Assembly (NCBI GenBank): GCA_020184695.1
Contig: JAANOX010000078.1
Location: 62,001 to 126,000 of the forward strand
Source of the DNA: Histomonas meleagridis 2922-C6/04-290x
Taxonomy: Eukaryota; Protista; Parabasalia
Direction of reading: 5' to 3'
Length of the DNA: 64,000 nucleotides
Positions 13,901-23,039 of the stretch are shown piece after piece. How positions within the stretch are numbered: position 1 is the first letter of the stretch; the number at the start of each line of letters is the position of its first letter. A model generated the notes under the pieces. It saw only the letters and a program-made list of their open reading frames with translations. It did not search any database and was not told the DNA's origin. A program made the position numbers and the translations under genes.

Positions 13901-14637
13901 TTTATGAATATCGAAATAATAGAGATATTCGTCAATCGATTGAACTTGATATAGCATCACAATATTTTGTTACTACGAATATTAATTCTATGTCTGCAAT
14001 GCAACGATATGAAATGTTTGACTTAATTGCATCGAAAACTAAAGCAAATGAACTTCGTGAAATGTTATGGCTTCGAGCAATTAATCCGAACATTTGGTTA
14101 GAAAGAAATCATAACTTTACTATATCGACGGCATTAATGTCTATGGCTGGTTATTGTATTGGTTTAGGTGATCGACATCCATCGAATATAATGATACAAA
14201 GACATACTGGTAAAGTTGTCCACATTGATTTCGGTGATTCGTTCGAAGTCGCTATGAATCGAAATGGTTTCCCTGAAAGAGTACCATTTAGAATGACGAG
14301 AATGATCGTGAACGCTTTGGATAGTGGCTGCGTCGATGGTTTGTTTAGAAGATGTTGCGAAGACGTTTTATGGGTATTAAGAGAAAACCAAAGTTCGATA
14401 ATCGCACAATTGGAAGTGTTCGTACATGAGCCGATATTCTATGGACATGAAACGAAGAATAATAAGACGGCGCAAAAGGGAATTCTGGAAAGAGTCGCGT
14501 GTAAGTTGTCAGGAACAGATCAAAATGATGACGGAATGGAATGCGACGTAAGTGAACAAGTCGATAGATTGATCAGAAAGGCGATGGACCCGCACGAATA
14601 CGTGAGGCACTTCATTGGGTGGTGTCCGTTTTGGTGA
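7930..14637 (+). CDS. TOR: TOR-like PIKK family kinase (HEAT, FAT, FRB, kinase, FATC)
   Basis: LLKGKEDLRVDQRIMQ, IGLGDRHPSN, HIDFGDSF, PERVPFRMT and terminal FIGWCPFW; likely ATG at 7930 after an Inr-like TCATT (track ORF starts at TTG 7888). Confidence 0.92.
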   Translation: MEEINNKFKDLKINTFSSWKSQRKSLVLSLGPLLLQLQENEITTLFSQMENESKDLCVNSLIENELLGLLKISILHFFRRSFNQITKLFPSINTLIVSTNHEVCRSAITCLRYLAEESSENHSFLRDALEQAKVFLNSPQKNRYIFNSLTILREVGRFLPNDVFTVTILSFQELFNSACSNDDTLRKIAVKVINIHIARIPSNIQDQFLKMLLVDCNTRLNNKPNQDTKYGVFLILHSLYNLYPIIFSDASITQLIGKLLSDITSITQYDLLIEIYDFLTLISENKLSLFSADTACELFQGFTKIILSSPKTPKKLYIQFNTFIKIFHSNPKFPLQIIIDYLKSITSNQLYSKHYNEIYKTVLLIIKYFPKYNIPISIFSTTPICTNLLRSLRLKTNYLNELKEMLIKNFEKGIKPKSESNEQLLSIKMIQIFGKLIFDISEQLYQKISILCFSTNEKVRILMAQISSLFNTTESINSLLRFVIMDESKNVRLTALQQIKPIHLISNPDIIIQLLVDPSYTIRRTSIPLISESANLQSIYTIPYVITFTNEYLLSKAASKDPFLSAKNCSLLPNIAKYFAPYSKSIIPIIAWLCINLLSNGKGINNIDPKIKIEDYHPLDLKKVIHRDFNQQIFSFKNKISEKNPIKSRIYQVENDKWFEKRDEYLFQTLGILAPNIIQYLLQIIPVYINTFESKTSNSVYLSALNSLTEIVIASKARFNFIIIFPKLLPTLLQILASDTINQKVAIAIFKLTGAMGAPKSIQSEKSKIEKSSKDLFSFKSESFFTNFVLKNLIEMLKEPSPALFDAITCIIANETEYSLPYLEPIIKAFVNSIEHNENSNSLFNQIEIIIIHCGFNIYPFIPLLSKVLEKNFSNINCMNVCSALSFHLKMQFIECSSKLYPKSLKLLNNSTDSRYLKCLLQFITFSILYQHQSIESFIEYIENLFINPLEIDEVRTSFILKTFSTLVQNMSIRMYSPRLGRLCLKLIQYRQLGELNQLIYNLCSFGNLSIEFVEKNLTILNHQIPFLNEIQNSLNNGEININDLTFIKKIKINLSTDHHITFSQLSPTIQNVFESLQSPVYNNARQWLEDLCIQLVINSRSISIRACSQVIMQSKAFRQELFPYAFLACWKYATTNEKINFSNIIKLILCFDHIDPQALTLVEIADNVGLPMLIPDNEIAKACNSNALSLYYYQRYLRDTKCDEDTIQKLLQLNSKMGRIDSARGLLSSVSNKFTQIDKGKWNQQLGEWDKALEIYEQQKSPNLNNLLDCYGHLELWDNIEKYSNEFEKMSNEDKSINSIWYAWMEYHKNNLDKAKYYMNFFNQEDDTNTIFFKSIYLIVSKNYNEAEKMIQNGYKILTNNLSIFNSNDTKEISKKMVFAQHLRELQEALEMKRSNNTDIIEIWQNRLLNFSHESDAWMKLIEIRSLVLTPEDHYKSYLKAFSVLRKERKWKLIDSYWKRFFSNNNSLIVLMSKLKILWSRGFKKKALSLLTSLNELLRTKTLNEFVNTSENISEEDLNYIYDSLNLIDKNIDVKYSLFKNFKEEQKNNQKIFARFLCTQGNWQYQLYKSSTSSAKTLIEISKVFEESNLIVSDDYRTWSGWAYTNSRALSHFEDLRSKFAINAISGFLKATQLRPSESLEFLCQMFSIFFRYGESLSLPQNIKNDIISLSPSIILQIIPQIVVHISHKSKNVSEFVREIIESFGSIHFQAVIFPLNVLSMINDKEISKISQNIMDLLGNKHPTIYHESKLLIDGMYRSALIWMEEWMTALDNASRYRNGNNINSKEQIIELIQPMFDKMENPKCEYDRTFLRMFQGTLKKCKTFYDTYKQGDENIIKLMWENFRIFYNEIEPKVKKMESIHLNKVSEELSNKKSFSLSIPGTYDAEITSPQLQYIDPILHVLNSQQHPRCVYMIDNEGIKWKFLLKGKEDLRVDQRIMQSFDLINSLLKTNRNTVDLNVTILKYAIVPFAPNAGLISWVTGADTFQQLVYEYRNNRDIRQSIELDIASQYFVTTNINSMSAMQRYEMFDLIASKTKANELREMLWLRAINPNIWLERNHNFTISTALMSMAGYCIGLGDRHPSNIMIQRHTGKVVHIDFGDSFEVAMNRNGFPERVPFRMTRMIVNALDSGCVDGLFRRCCEDVLWVLRENQSSIIAQLEVFVHEPIFYGHETKNNKTAQKGILERVACKLSGTDQNDDGMECDVSEQVDRLIRKAMDPHEYVRHFIGWCPFW

Positions 14638-14719
14638 TTTTTTTGTTCTGAATTAACTAAAAATTAAATTAAATTCATCTTTCAACTTTGAATATTAATT
14701 TTGTTTAATATGTTTTATA

Positions 14720-15080
14720 GACGCTGATTCTAATCCGAGATCAGAAGTATTTCATTGTGTATTAACAAATGAACATCTTTCATAAAGTGATGGCTTAATT
14801 AGTTGATTAATCAACTTAAAGTCAAATTCATTATGTGTTGATATTTCTTGAAGCTTTTCTAAATCGGCATTTCGAAGTACTTTTCTAAATCAGCATTTCT
14901 AATGGATTAACTCCTTCTTTTACATATTGCATTTCATATGAAATTTCCAATCATCTTTTGATAATTCATAAAGTGCTGAGATGAATTCTTCAAGGAATTG
15001 TGGTCTTAGAAATTTGTTCCTTAATTTGTTTTATATTGAGAAAAATATAATGTGTTCATATTTGCATTATATCAGATTCT
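14720..15080 (-). pseudogene. DUF3447/ankyrin family remnant
   Basis: Fragments YELSKDDWKFH, KEGVNPLE, DLEKLQEISTHNEFDF and IKPSLYERCSFVNTQ, with stops and frameshifts. Confidence 0.75.
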
Positions 15081-15318
15081 TTTTTAAAACGGATCAATTT
15101 GATTTCATTATTTTTTTCCTCATTTTCATTTCTAATTTTAGTTTCTAATTTTTTTACACAGAATAAAATTAATTTTTTTTTGGAAAAAATATTTTATCAT
15201 TTATTTTTTGATCAAGTCATTCACACAAGAAGCACTTCTCCAATCTCAAAATTGATGTCAAAGAATTGGTTTATTTATACATTTGATTTTTTGTGCTTTA
15301 AATCATTTGCAAATGAGT

Positions 15319-15750
15319 TTAAATTTGAAGTGGTTTGAAGAACGATGGGAGTTTGCCATTTAGGTATTTTTGGCGGAAAACATTTGAGGCAGATTCGATC
15401 TCGGCATCTTTTTGGGATGTGTCTTGCATAGATTTTATGATCTGTTCTGGATTGATCTTGCTCCAAAGGTCATCATCTTTAATCATGTGCCTTGTGAGAA
15501 GTACATGATTAAAATTAACAACTTTGATAAAGAGTTTAATTTGCGTGCGCTTCACAAGCGTGCCTTGCGCCATGTCCTTTGTTAATTTTTTAGGTACTTT
15601 ATCAATTCCTAAAACAACAGCATGAGGATAATTGTGTGATTCTGTAGGTTCTGAACAAGATTGTAAAACTATTGCTTTCTTTCCAGCATGACGGCCTTTA
15701 AGAAGAACAACTATTCGTCCTGGTTGAAGAAGATTCTTTTGGGAAAACAT
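15319..15750 (-). CDS. RPL27: 60S ribosomal protein L27 (eL27)
   Basis: KOW motif GRIVVLLKGRHAGKKAIV; FIKVVNFNHVLLTRH; C-terminal FFKPLQI. Confidence 0.9.
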   Translation of the reverse strand: MFSQKNLLQPGRIVVLLKGRHAGKKAIVLQSCSEPTESHNYPHAVVLGIDKVPKKLTKDMAQGTLVKRTQIKLFIKVVNFNHVLLTRHMIKDDDLWSKINPEQIIKSMQDTSQKDAEIESASNVFRQKYLNGKLPSFFKPLQI

Positions 15751-15797
15751 AATGATGAATGTATGCCACAGCCGTTAATCATTGACCATTTTTCGTT

Positions 15798-15807
15798 TAA
15801 CGGTTTT
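15798..15807 (+). promoter_or_regulatory. M3/Myb-like core promoter motif in a divergent promoter
   Basis: TAACGGTTTT between the RPL27 and 15898 starts; fits the trichomonad M3-type motif, which recurs in other intergenic gaps. Confidence 0.45.
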
Positions 15808-15897
15808 CATTCAAATTCTTATTTTCTATGGTTTATCCAAATTTGCTTTTTGGCCGACCGTTTATAGATCAATTTAATTTCACATAACATTTCAGAA

Positions 15898-16545
15898 ATG
15901 CAAAATAAAGGATGGTATTCTAAAGTTATATGTTCTGATAATGAACCACAAACGCGCTGGGTATCTTTTGATTCATACTTTCTTTGCGCATATTCAAACA
16001 AAAAAGATACAATTCCAAATTTAGCTTTTCATGTTGACAATATTCAAATTACAGAAGCATTCGAAGAAATCGGTCAAATGCATTCAATAAGATTAAACTT
16101 GTCTCACCAATGTTCTTTTGATCATTTTTTCATTTATACTCCAAATCAATTTGATATTGTTGAAATAAAGGATGAAATAATTAATCAACAAAACAAGTGG
16201 CGTGAGCATTGCACAAATGATGAGCCAGATTATTCGCAAGATTATGTCTTAGATGTAACAGGAAAATTCATCTTCAGACCAGCTGACAGAATTCATTTTT
16301 CGTTATCTCAAACAGAAGTTAAAGTTACACAACTTAACCAAGAAGATATCATCATTCCAATAAATTCCAATTTTGATATCCATCCAAGTAATGAATCTCC
16401 AAAAGACGTAAAATGGATTATAATCAAATACGAATCAGACAGCGAAACAAAAACTGCTCAATATCACTGTTCGAATCTTGATATAATGAAGAAGCTTGTG
16501 AGCACATCATTGCAAATCAGAAATCGTTTGCAATCGTACACATAA
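15898..16545 (+). CDS. hypothetical protein with PH-like domain(s)
   Basis: KGWYSKV...TRWVSFDSYFLCAYSNKKDTIP resembles PH beta-strands. Confidence 0.5.
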   Translation: MQNKGWYSKVICSDNEPQTRWVSFDSYFLCAYSNKKDTIPNLAFHVDNIQITEAFEEIGQMHSIRLNLSHQCSFDHFFIYTPNQFDIVEIKDEIINQQNKWREHCTNDEPDYSQDYVLDVTGKFIFRPADRIHFSLSQTEVKVTQLNQEDIIIPINSNFDIHPSNESPKDVKWIIIKYESDSETKTAQYHCSNLDIMKKLVSTSLQIRNRLQSYT

Positions 16546-16876
16546 ATGGCAGAGAACATTTTGCAATATGCAAAAATCGGCAGAACTTATTAAATCATTT
16601 ATCCAAAAGTTCTTTTAACTGAGTTTTGTGAGAAGTAATCGAAAAGAAAAGCTGAAATACTTCATTTTTATTAAATAAAACCATAATATTTCCCATGGCA
16701 CAAAGAAGAAATTGTAGAGTTTTGCGCAACAATTTTTTTATATTTACAAATTGGATTATTGAATTGTAAGTAACTTTAATATTTCTAAAAGATTCATTGG
16801 GAAATGTAATAAACAATTAACATTTAATTAAGACCGAGAAAAGAAGATGAAACGTTACGTTTAATGTGTGATATTT

Positions 16877-17353
16877 TCATTTTGGAATTATCTCTTTTCT
16901 GAAATGAAGTTGGATGGATGCAAGGTCCTGAGGAGCTTCGTTTCCTCCCTTGATTGCTTTGAGCATTCCTTCTATTTCCTTAATCTTCTTCGAGATTTCC
17001 TTTAGATTTGCCTTGTTTTCTTTTGCAGCTTTAGCTGAATCTCCAATACGCTTTTCTTCTCTTTCTTGATATCTTTTGATTTCTTCTTCCATTTCTGCAA
17101 AGGAACGAAGATTCGTGTTAAGATCTCTTTGAATATTTGACTTTTCTAATTGATCAAAGTTACTGTGAATTCTTTCTGCTGTTTTAGCGAGTAAAGAAAT
17201 ACGAGATTCATACTCAGTGATTTCATCAGATAAATCGTTGACCTTGAATGATGCAAAATTGATTTGTGTTTCGATTTCTTTGGCGTCTTCCTCAAATGTC
17301 TTGATTTCAGCCATTAAATCCTTGATCTTATTGGAAATCTCTTGAGAGCTCAT
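16877..17353 (-). CDS. hypothetical coiled-coil protein
   Basis: Heptad-rich, E/K-rich ORF; likely ATG at 17353 (MSSQEIS). Confidence 0.65.
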   Translation of the reverse strand: MSSQEISNKIKDLMAEIKTFEEDAKEIETQINFASFKVNDLSDEITEYESRISLLAKTAERIHSNFDQLEKSNIQRDLNTNLRSFAEMEEEIKRYQEREEKRIGDSAKAAKENKANLKEISKKIKEIEGMLKAIKGGNEAPQDLASIQLHFRKEIIPK

Positions 17354-17503
17354 CAGAGAAATGAAAACCGCAACTTTTTTCACATTTCATTTCACAATTC
17401 AAAAACTGTATACAATTTTTCACTACTTTATTCATCATCTAACTTTTGGAGTAAAGTTCGTAAAATTGAATATTTAGAAATAAAGTAAACGTACATACAA
17501 CAA

Positions 17504-17857
17504 ATGCTTGAAGAATTAAATCGTAGACTCGATGTTATTGAAGGATATGTAGAAGGAATTCATGAAAGAACAGAACAATCAATGCCTGAAATGACACCGC
17601 CATATCCGAATCGTTTGATGCGAAGACAACAAATTGAAAGACAAATTAATCAATCCATCTTTTCACCAAATCTTCACGAACTATATAAATCAGTCCCAAA
17701 AAACTATGCTGGCCCTGAATTCATTAAACAATTATTGGAAGCAGAAAATAATCAATCTCGAAAAACAAAGAACAAAAAGTCATTTGATATAGATTACCAA
17801 GAGTATATAACCATTTTAGCCCAACGAAACTCCAATTCAGCTCCGTACAAAATCTAA
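17504..17857 (+). CDS. hypothetical protein
   Basis: 117-aa ATG ORF with genome-typical codon usage. Confidence 0.55.
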   Translation: MLEELNRRLDVIEGYVEGIHERTEQSMPEMTPPYPNRLMRRQQIERQINQSIFSPNLHELYKSVPKNYAGPEFIKQLLEAENNQSRKTKNKKSFDIDYQEYITILAQRNSNSAPYKI

Positions 17858-17986
17858 TTTTTTCTTTTTGTAAAAATATATATAACAAAATGACTTTTCC
17901 ATCATAACTCAAATCGTCAAAAATCACTTACAGTTTTATCCGATTCCAAAATTCATTATTTTTGATAAATTTATAATCTTTATTAA

Positions 17987-19045
17987 TCATTGAAAATCGC
18001 GTGCTTCTCTGATAAGCCTAGACTTTGTCTTAGACTCTTGCCTCTTCTTTATTTTCCTTTTGTATCTATTTTCTTTCGATACTCTATTCTGAATTCTCTC
18101 ATCTTCATCAACTTCTTCTTCTTCTTCAGACGTCTTTCCTTTCTTATTATAATACTTTCCTTTTAAGTCTATTGGTGTAATTTCATCTACAAAGTCTGAA
18201 AATTGTGGAATAGATTCAACCTCAAGATCAAACCTTAACAAGAAAAAGCGTCTGAGCTCTCCCAAATCATGGTTAAACTTTTCCTCAGCTTCACTACTTG
18301 TATATGGGAGACATTGTGGAAAATCAATTAATCTGATTTTTCCATCAGGCTGTAAAATGATATTAAATTGGCTAAAATCAGCATGTACAACGCCAGACTT
18401 TAACAAATTAACAGCTAAATCAACACATTCTTCGAAGGTGTGTGCTGGATCTTCAAGATATTCAACGCTATTAAGAAGAGTTCCATTGATGTATGACATG
18501 ACAACACAGTGACGATTCCAATCGATTGGTGTTGGAACTGGAAATGCCTGGAGTGCTGTCATATTCTGAAATTCTCTTTGAGCAGAAAGTCTTGATAAGT
18601 AAAGCCAAGATGATGAATGTTTCTTGTTGAGGTAATCACGAGTGTCTTTAGCTTTTCGGAAAGAAACACGACCAATTCGATGGAATTTAATAACAACAGG
18701 TGTTTCATCATCAGTGTAACCAACATAAACATCAGCTTCTTTACCCTGACCAAGGATACCACCAAGGTGAGAAATGACACCTCTTTTAACTAAAGCATGT
18801 AATGCAAGAAAATCATATCCATTTTTTGAAAGTTGATAACCATCATAAGGTTTGCCTTCATGAAGTGCCAATCTACGCTGTACTAAACTTCCTAATGCAT
18901 GATGAATTGAACCACGAAGACCTGATATTGAATGAACAAGTTCTGCTGCAACAAGTTCGTGATTTCTCTGTCCCATTTCAATTGCTGTAAGAACACGCCA
19001 TTCATCATCTTCGATGTATGGCAATAAAGATGCATCAAAAGCCAT
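17987..19045 (-). CDS. RIO2: RIO2 atypical Ser/Thr kinase
   Basis: N-terminal wHTH (WRVLTAIEMGQRNHELV), GQGKEADVY, KFHRIGRVSF, HADFSQFNI and IDFPQ. Confidence 0.93.
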   Translation of the reverse strand: MAFDASLLPYIEDDEWRVLTAIEMGQRNHELVAAELVHSISGLRGSIHHALGSLVQRRLALHEGKPYDGYQLSKNGYDFLALHALVKRGVISHLGGILGQGKEADVYVGYTDDETPVVIKFHRIGRVSFRKAKDTRDYLNKKHSSSWLYLSRLSAQREFQNMTALQAFPVPTPIDWNRHCVVMSYINGTLLNSVEYLEDPAHTFEECVDLAVNLLKSGVVHADFSQFNIILQPDGKIRLIDFPQCLPYTSSEAEEKFNHDLGELRRFFLLRFDLEVESIPQFSDFVDEITPIDLKGKYYNKKGKTSEEEEEVDEDERIQNRVSKENRYKRKIKKRQESKTKSRLIREARDFQ

Positions 19046-19401
19046 CTCGCCTCGATTTTGGTCGTCAGAAATTCAGAACAAATTTTGCGGTTATGACACA
19101 ACAAAAATTTTCGTTTCTCATTTTCACTTGATTAAATCAATCTCTTTATCACTTTCTTTTTTAAAAAAAGGTATACACCAAATTTCCAATAAATATACTA
19201 AAAATAATTATTCATAAATTTATGATTATATAATCAATTGATCAAATTTTTGTTTTTATCCAAATCATCTGGCTTGCTTACTCGCGTTGTTTACATCAAT
19301 AATGTGGATTATACTAGTATTTCTCTAAATATTATTTTGAAAATGAATTGAAATGTTAATACAAAAAGTGACAAAAACACGTTTTTCTTGAATTTTGCTA
19401 A

Positions 19402-20526
19402 ATGAGGAAGCCAAGTAGGGGCGGCGCACAAAAGCCAAGCTTAGCCCTTCGTGCTGCTGCCCTCCAACAGCATATGTCACAAAAAATGTTTCTTTCAGAA
19501 CCACTTTATAAACCAAATATTCCGAAAACAACGATATCGCGGCAAAAGCCCAAACGTAAGCATCCAAATGTTACTAAGCCAAGCGTTCCTACATCAACAA
19601 TATTCGAATCTAAATCTGTATCATATAAACGTAAAATTTATAATCAAAAACTTACACTTGCTGAGCAACTCGGCCTTGTAAAGCCTCCGCCTGCACCTCT
19701 TACAGACGAGCAGTTTGAAACAGTTAAAATCAACACTCAAAAACGTGGATTTTTTAATGAATGCTGTCCTATTTGTCTTGAAAAATTTGGACCTGATAAT
19801 CTGGTTCTCCTTTCATGCAGCCACCTTCTTCATACCACTTGTTTAATGAACTTCAGGAAGTTTACTCGTGGTAAAGTTCACACATGTCCTGTCTGCCGTT
19901 GCCAATATGAATTTGTTGAAGTCAAAGCAGAAGCTGCTTATCACGATCGTTGTGCTCGTGATATTCAACGTGTTTTCCGTGGGTATCTTGTACGTGACAA
20001 AATATGTCGTAATGCGCCTGTCAATTCAATTCTTCATCGCAAATGGGTAATTGGGAAAGCACAAGATGTATCCCATAGGCTAACAAAAGCTATTGATAGC
20101 CAAAATGATGCTGTCGATGCTTTTCTGTCTTCTATTGATGCTGATCTGGAATATCAAAGAGGTTTGTTGAAAGCATTTGAAGAAAGAGAAAAAACCGTCA
20201 ACTTTAACGTCTGCCGTAAAAAAGCGGTTGAAATTAACGAGGAAATGGAGTGCCCCATTTGCCTCAGGAAAATAGAAACAGAAGAATGCGAAGTTACTTC
20301 ATGCTGTCATGTTTTTCACATTAATTGTTTAATGTCTTGGTTGAATTTTTGCGAAAATCAAGGAAAACAAGGGACGTGCCCAGTTTGCAGATCTGTTTTC
20401 CAACATGCGCATTTTGTTGAAAAAGATGAACACAATAACCGAGAAACTAATGATGATGAGAAAGAAGTCAAACAAAAAACAAAAAGAGGAAGGGAGAAGT
20501 CAAACAAAAGGATTGGTCAAAAATGA
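19402..20526 (+). CDS. RNF32-like protein with two RING-H2 domains and an IQ motif
   Basis: CPICLE...CSHLLHTTC...CPVCR; IQRVFRGYLVR; second CPICL...CCHVFHINC...CPVCR. Confidence 0.8.
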   Translation: MRKPSRGGAQKPSLALRAAALQQHMSQKMFLSEPLYKPNIPKTTISRQKPKRKHPNVTKPSVPTSTIFESKSVSYKRKIYNQKLTLAEQLGLVKPPPAPLTDEQFETVKINTQKRGFFNECCPICLEKFGPDNLVLLSCSHLLHTTCLMNFRKFTRGKVHTCPVCRCQYEFVEVKAEAAYHDRCARDIQRVFRGYLVRDKICRNAPVNSILHRKWVIGKAQDVSHRLTKAIDSQNDAVDAFLSSIDADLEYQRGLLKAFEEREKTVNFNVCRKKAVEINEEMECPICLRKIETEECEVTSCCHVFHINCLMSWLNFCENQGKQGTCPVCRSVFQHAHFVEKDEHNNRETNDDEKEVKQKTKRGREKSNKRIGQK

Positions 20527-20626
20527 TTTTGTATTTTATAAGAGAACTCATAAATTTGAAGAATTTGCTTTCTTTAAATGTTAATAAATTTTGGAACTTT
20601 GAATTTTAATTGATATTTTTTTTCTC

Positions 20627-21378
20627 CCGATTGAACATGGCGATGTTACTGGGGATTGGGATGATATGGAAAGTTTTGTATGCACATCTTCTACAACGAA
20701 TTACTTGTTGATCCAGCTGAACATCCAGTTCTTCTTACAGAATCCCCAATCACTCACAAGATTCAACGTGTAAAGATAATCCATATTCAATTTGAAACAT
20801 TCCAGCATTCTACATTGGTAATCAAGCTGTTCTTTCCCTTTACTCATCTAACTGTACCACTGGTATTGTTCGCGATATCAAAGAAAACCTTTCGTATGTT
20901 ACATTTGATTTTGATGAAGAATTGAATAAAGCAAATTACTACAACATCTGAATGTGATATCTCGTACACACTTCCAAATGGCAATGTCATCACCATTGGC
21001 AGTGAACGCTTCGAATGTGCAGAACTTCCTTTCAAGCCGCACATGAATGGATTCGATTACGAAGGCATTGATCAAACACTTTTTAAATCTATCATGGCAT
21101 GTGATACCAATTTTTGTAAAGATCTCTATGTTAATGTTTTCCTTTCAGGCGGTAACACAATGTTCGAAGGATTTCAAGAACGAATAGAGAATGAGCTATT
21201 GAATCTTGCACCATCAGCAATGAAAATAAATGTCGCTTCAACACCACAGCCGAAGTACGCAGCGTGGATTGGTGGGTGTAAACTTGCTTCGCTTCCTACT
21301 TTCCAACAAATGGTTATCAGCGGAATGAATATGATGAAGAAGGAATTGTTGATTGTAAGTGTTTCTAAAGGAACATAG
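20627..21378 (+). pseudogene. actin pseudogene (5'-truncated, frameshifted, internal deletion)
   Basis: [42 protein letters not shown] fused to RDIKE, YTLPNGNVITIGSERF, LSGGNTMFEG and KYAAWIGG, spread over several frames. Confidence 0.88.
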
Positions 21379-21737
21379 TAAAATTATATTTTCAATTTAA
21401 ATGCATTAAATGAAATTTTTATATCCATTCATGAATTTATTTATTGTTCTTAATTACAATTTATCAAAAATTTATTTTGATAAACACCATTGAATTCATT
21501 ATCAATTACAAATTTGATCTAAATTAATGGTGATACTTGGGTAGTGCTTTTCATTACCTTTATTAGAATTCTAATTAAAAAATTACTGAAACAATTTCAT
21601 TTTGTCGGTTCTATTGAGTCATTGGCTTTAACCGAACATTTAATAATTTAAAAAGTTACTATCATCGATTATTTTTCAGTGAAAAAAACTTCACCATTGA
21701 ATTAAAAGTGACATGTGTTTGGCCTTTCTGTTTGGAA

Positions 21738-22202
21738 ATGACCGAACTTCTCTTCATATCTCCAATCCAAAAAAAGGATCCAAGAAAGCCAACATGGCAC
21801 GGTATTCCACGCGTTGCTCTCACACGCCCAGCCGTTGCTGCAGAAATTGATCCAGTTCAACCAGAAACAATTCCAGTTGAAGAAAGGAAGACTCGTGCCT
21901 CAATCAAAATTGGTACAATTGTCATAATTCTTGATGGAGAGTTTAAGGGCAAACGTGGTGTTGTTTTCGCCGATAATGGCAAAGGAATTGTTAAAGTTAA
22001 TGGCCCAGCTATCAAACCAGTTGAAATTGACCAAGATTTCTTAATTGCCACATCCACAAAATTAGAAATTGGTAACGTTGACGAAGCAGGATCTGCTGCA
22101 GCAATCAATGCTGCTGCAGAAAAAATACCAGAAATGTCTGACTACCTTAAAGCTACATTTACTCTTAGACCAGGAGATCGTCCACATCTTATGAAGTTCT
22201 AA
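21738..22202 (+). CDS. RPL6: 60S ribosomal protein L6 (eL6)
   Basis: TRASIKIGTIVIILDGEFKGKR, FLIATSTK and YLKATFTLRPGDRPHLMKF; likely ATG at 21738. Confidence 0.85.
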   Translation: MTELLFISPIQKKDPRKPTWHGIPRVALTRPAVAAEIDPVQPETIPVEERKTRASIKIGTIVIILDGEFKGKRGVVFADNGKGIVKVNGPAIKPVEIDQDFLIATSTKLEIGNVDEAGSAAAINAAAEKIPEMSDYLKATFTLRPGDRPHLMKF

Positions 22203-22411
22203 AAACTTTTGGTATTGAATTATTTATTTCTTTAACAATTTCAATATTTGAAAATATTCTTTATCACATAGGAAACAATGTATTTCATGCAGTGAAAATA
22301 AAAAATATTTTATGAGTATGAATAATGTAATTGAGATCATAATTAAATTCATAAAAAAAAAATTGTTATTTCAAGGTTTATTGTTTTGCTAAATAGTTTG
22401 TAACCATCTGT

Positions 22412-22585
22412 TTAGTCATATTTCTTGAATCCAAGAAGTCCGGCACGTTCACGGAAACATCTACGGCACATGTTGATTCCATATGAGCGGATAACACCAC
22501 GACGGCGTTGGCAGCAGCGGCAGCCACGATCAAAAGCACCTTTGGCATGTTCGCGGTTGTGTTTAGGAACAAATTGGGTTGGCAT
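22412..22585 (-). CDS. RPS29: 40S ribosomal protein S29 (uS14)
   Basis: CRCC...[28 protein letters not shown] zinc-finger motif; likely ATG at 22585. Confidence 0.9.
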   Translation of the reverse strand: MPTQFVPKHNREHAKGAFDRGCRCCQRRRGVIRSYGINMCRRCFRERAGLLGFKKYD

Positions 22586-23039
22586 TAGAAAAAAGGGAGA
22601 GACCAAAACCGTAAAAACCGAAAAACTTCCGGCACTTTTTCTAATGGTCTACTGTTCACTATTTTGCATGTCAAAATTAGCTATACAAAAAGGAATTGAT
22701 AAAAATGCCTAAAATATTTATTAATATTATTTGAAATTAATATTATTTGCTATAACAAAATGAAATTTATTTAAAATATTTAATGTATCGCTCATTCATT
22801 TAAAAATAATCATACGGAAATAGTTAAAGTTTATAAATAAATTTACTTTGTTCTTCTTAAACAAGGGGAAATTGATGTAAATGCATAACTTGATAGAAAA
22901 CATCTCAATGATTTGGCCACATGAAAAACTTTCATAAATAAATTTTGCTCTCAGAGCCAATTATCCAAAAACACAAATCCTCTTTTAAATATAAAAATTA
23001 GTCTTGTTAATTTTTACTTATTCAATCAAACAAGACTAA

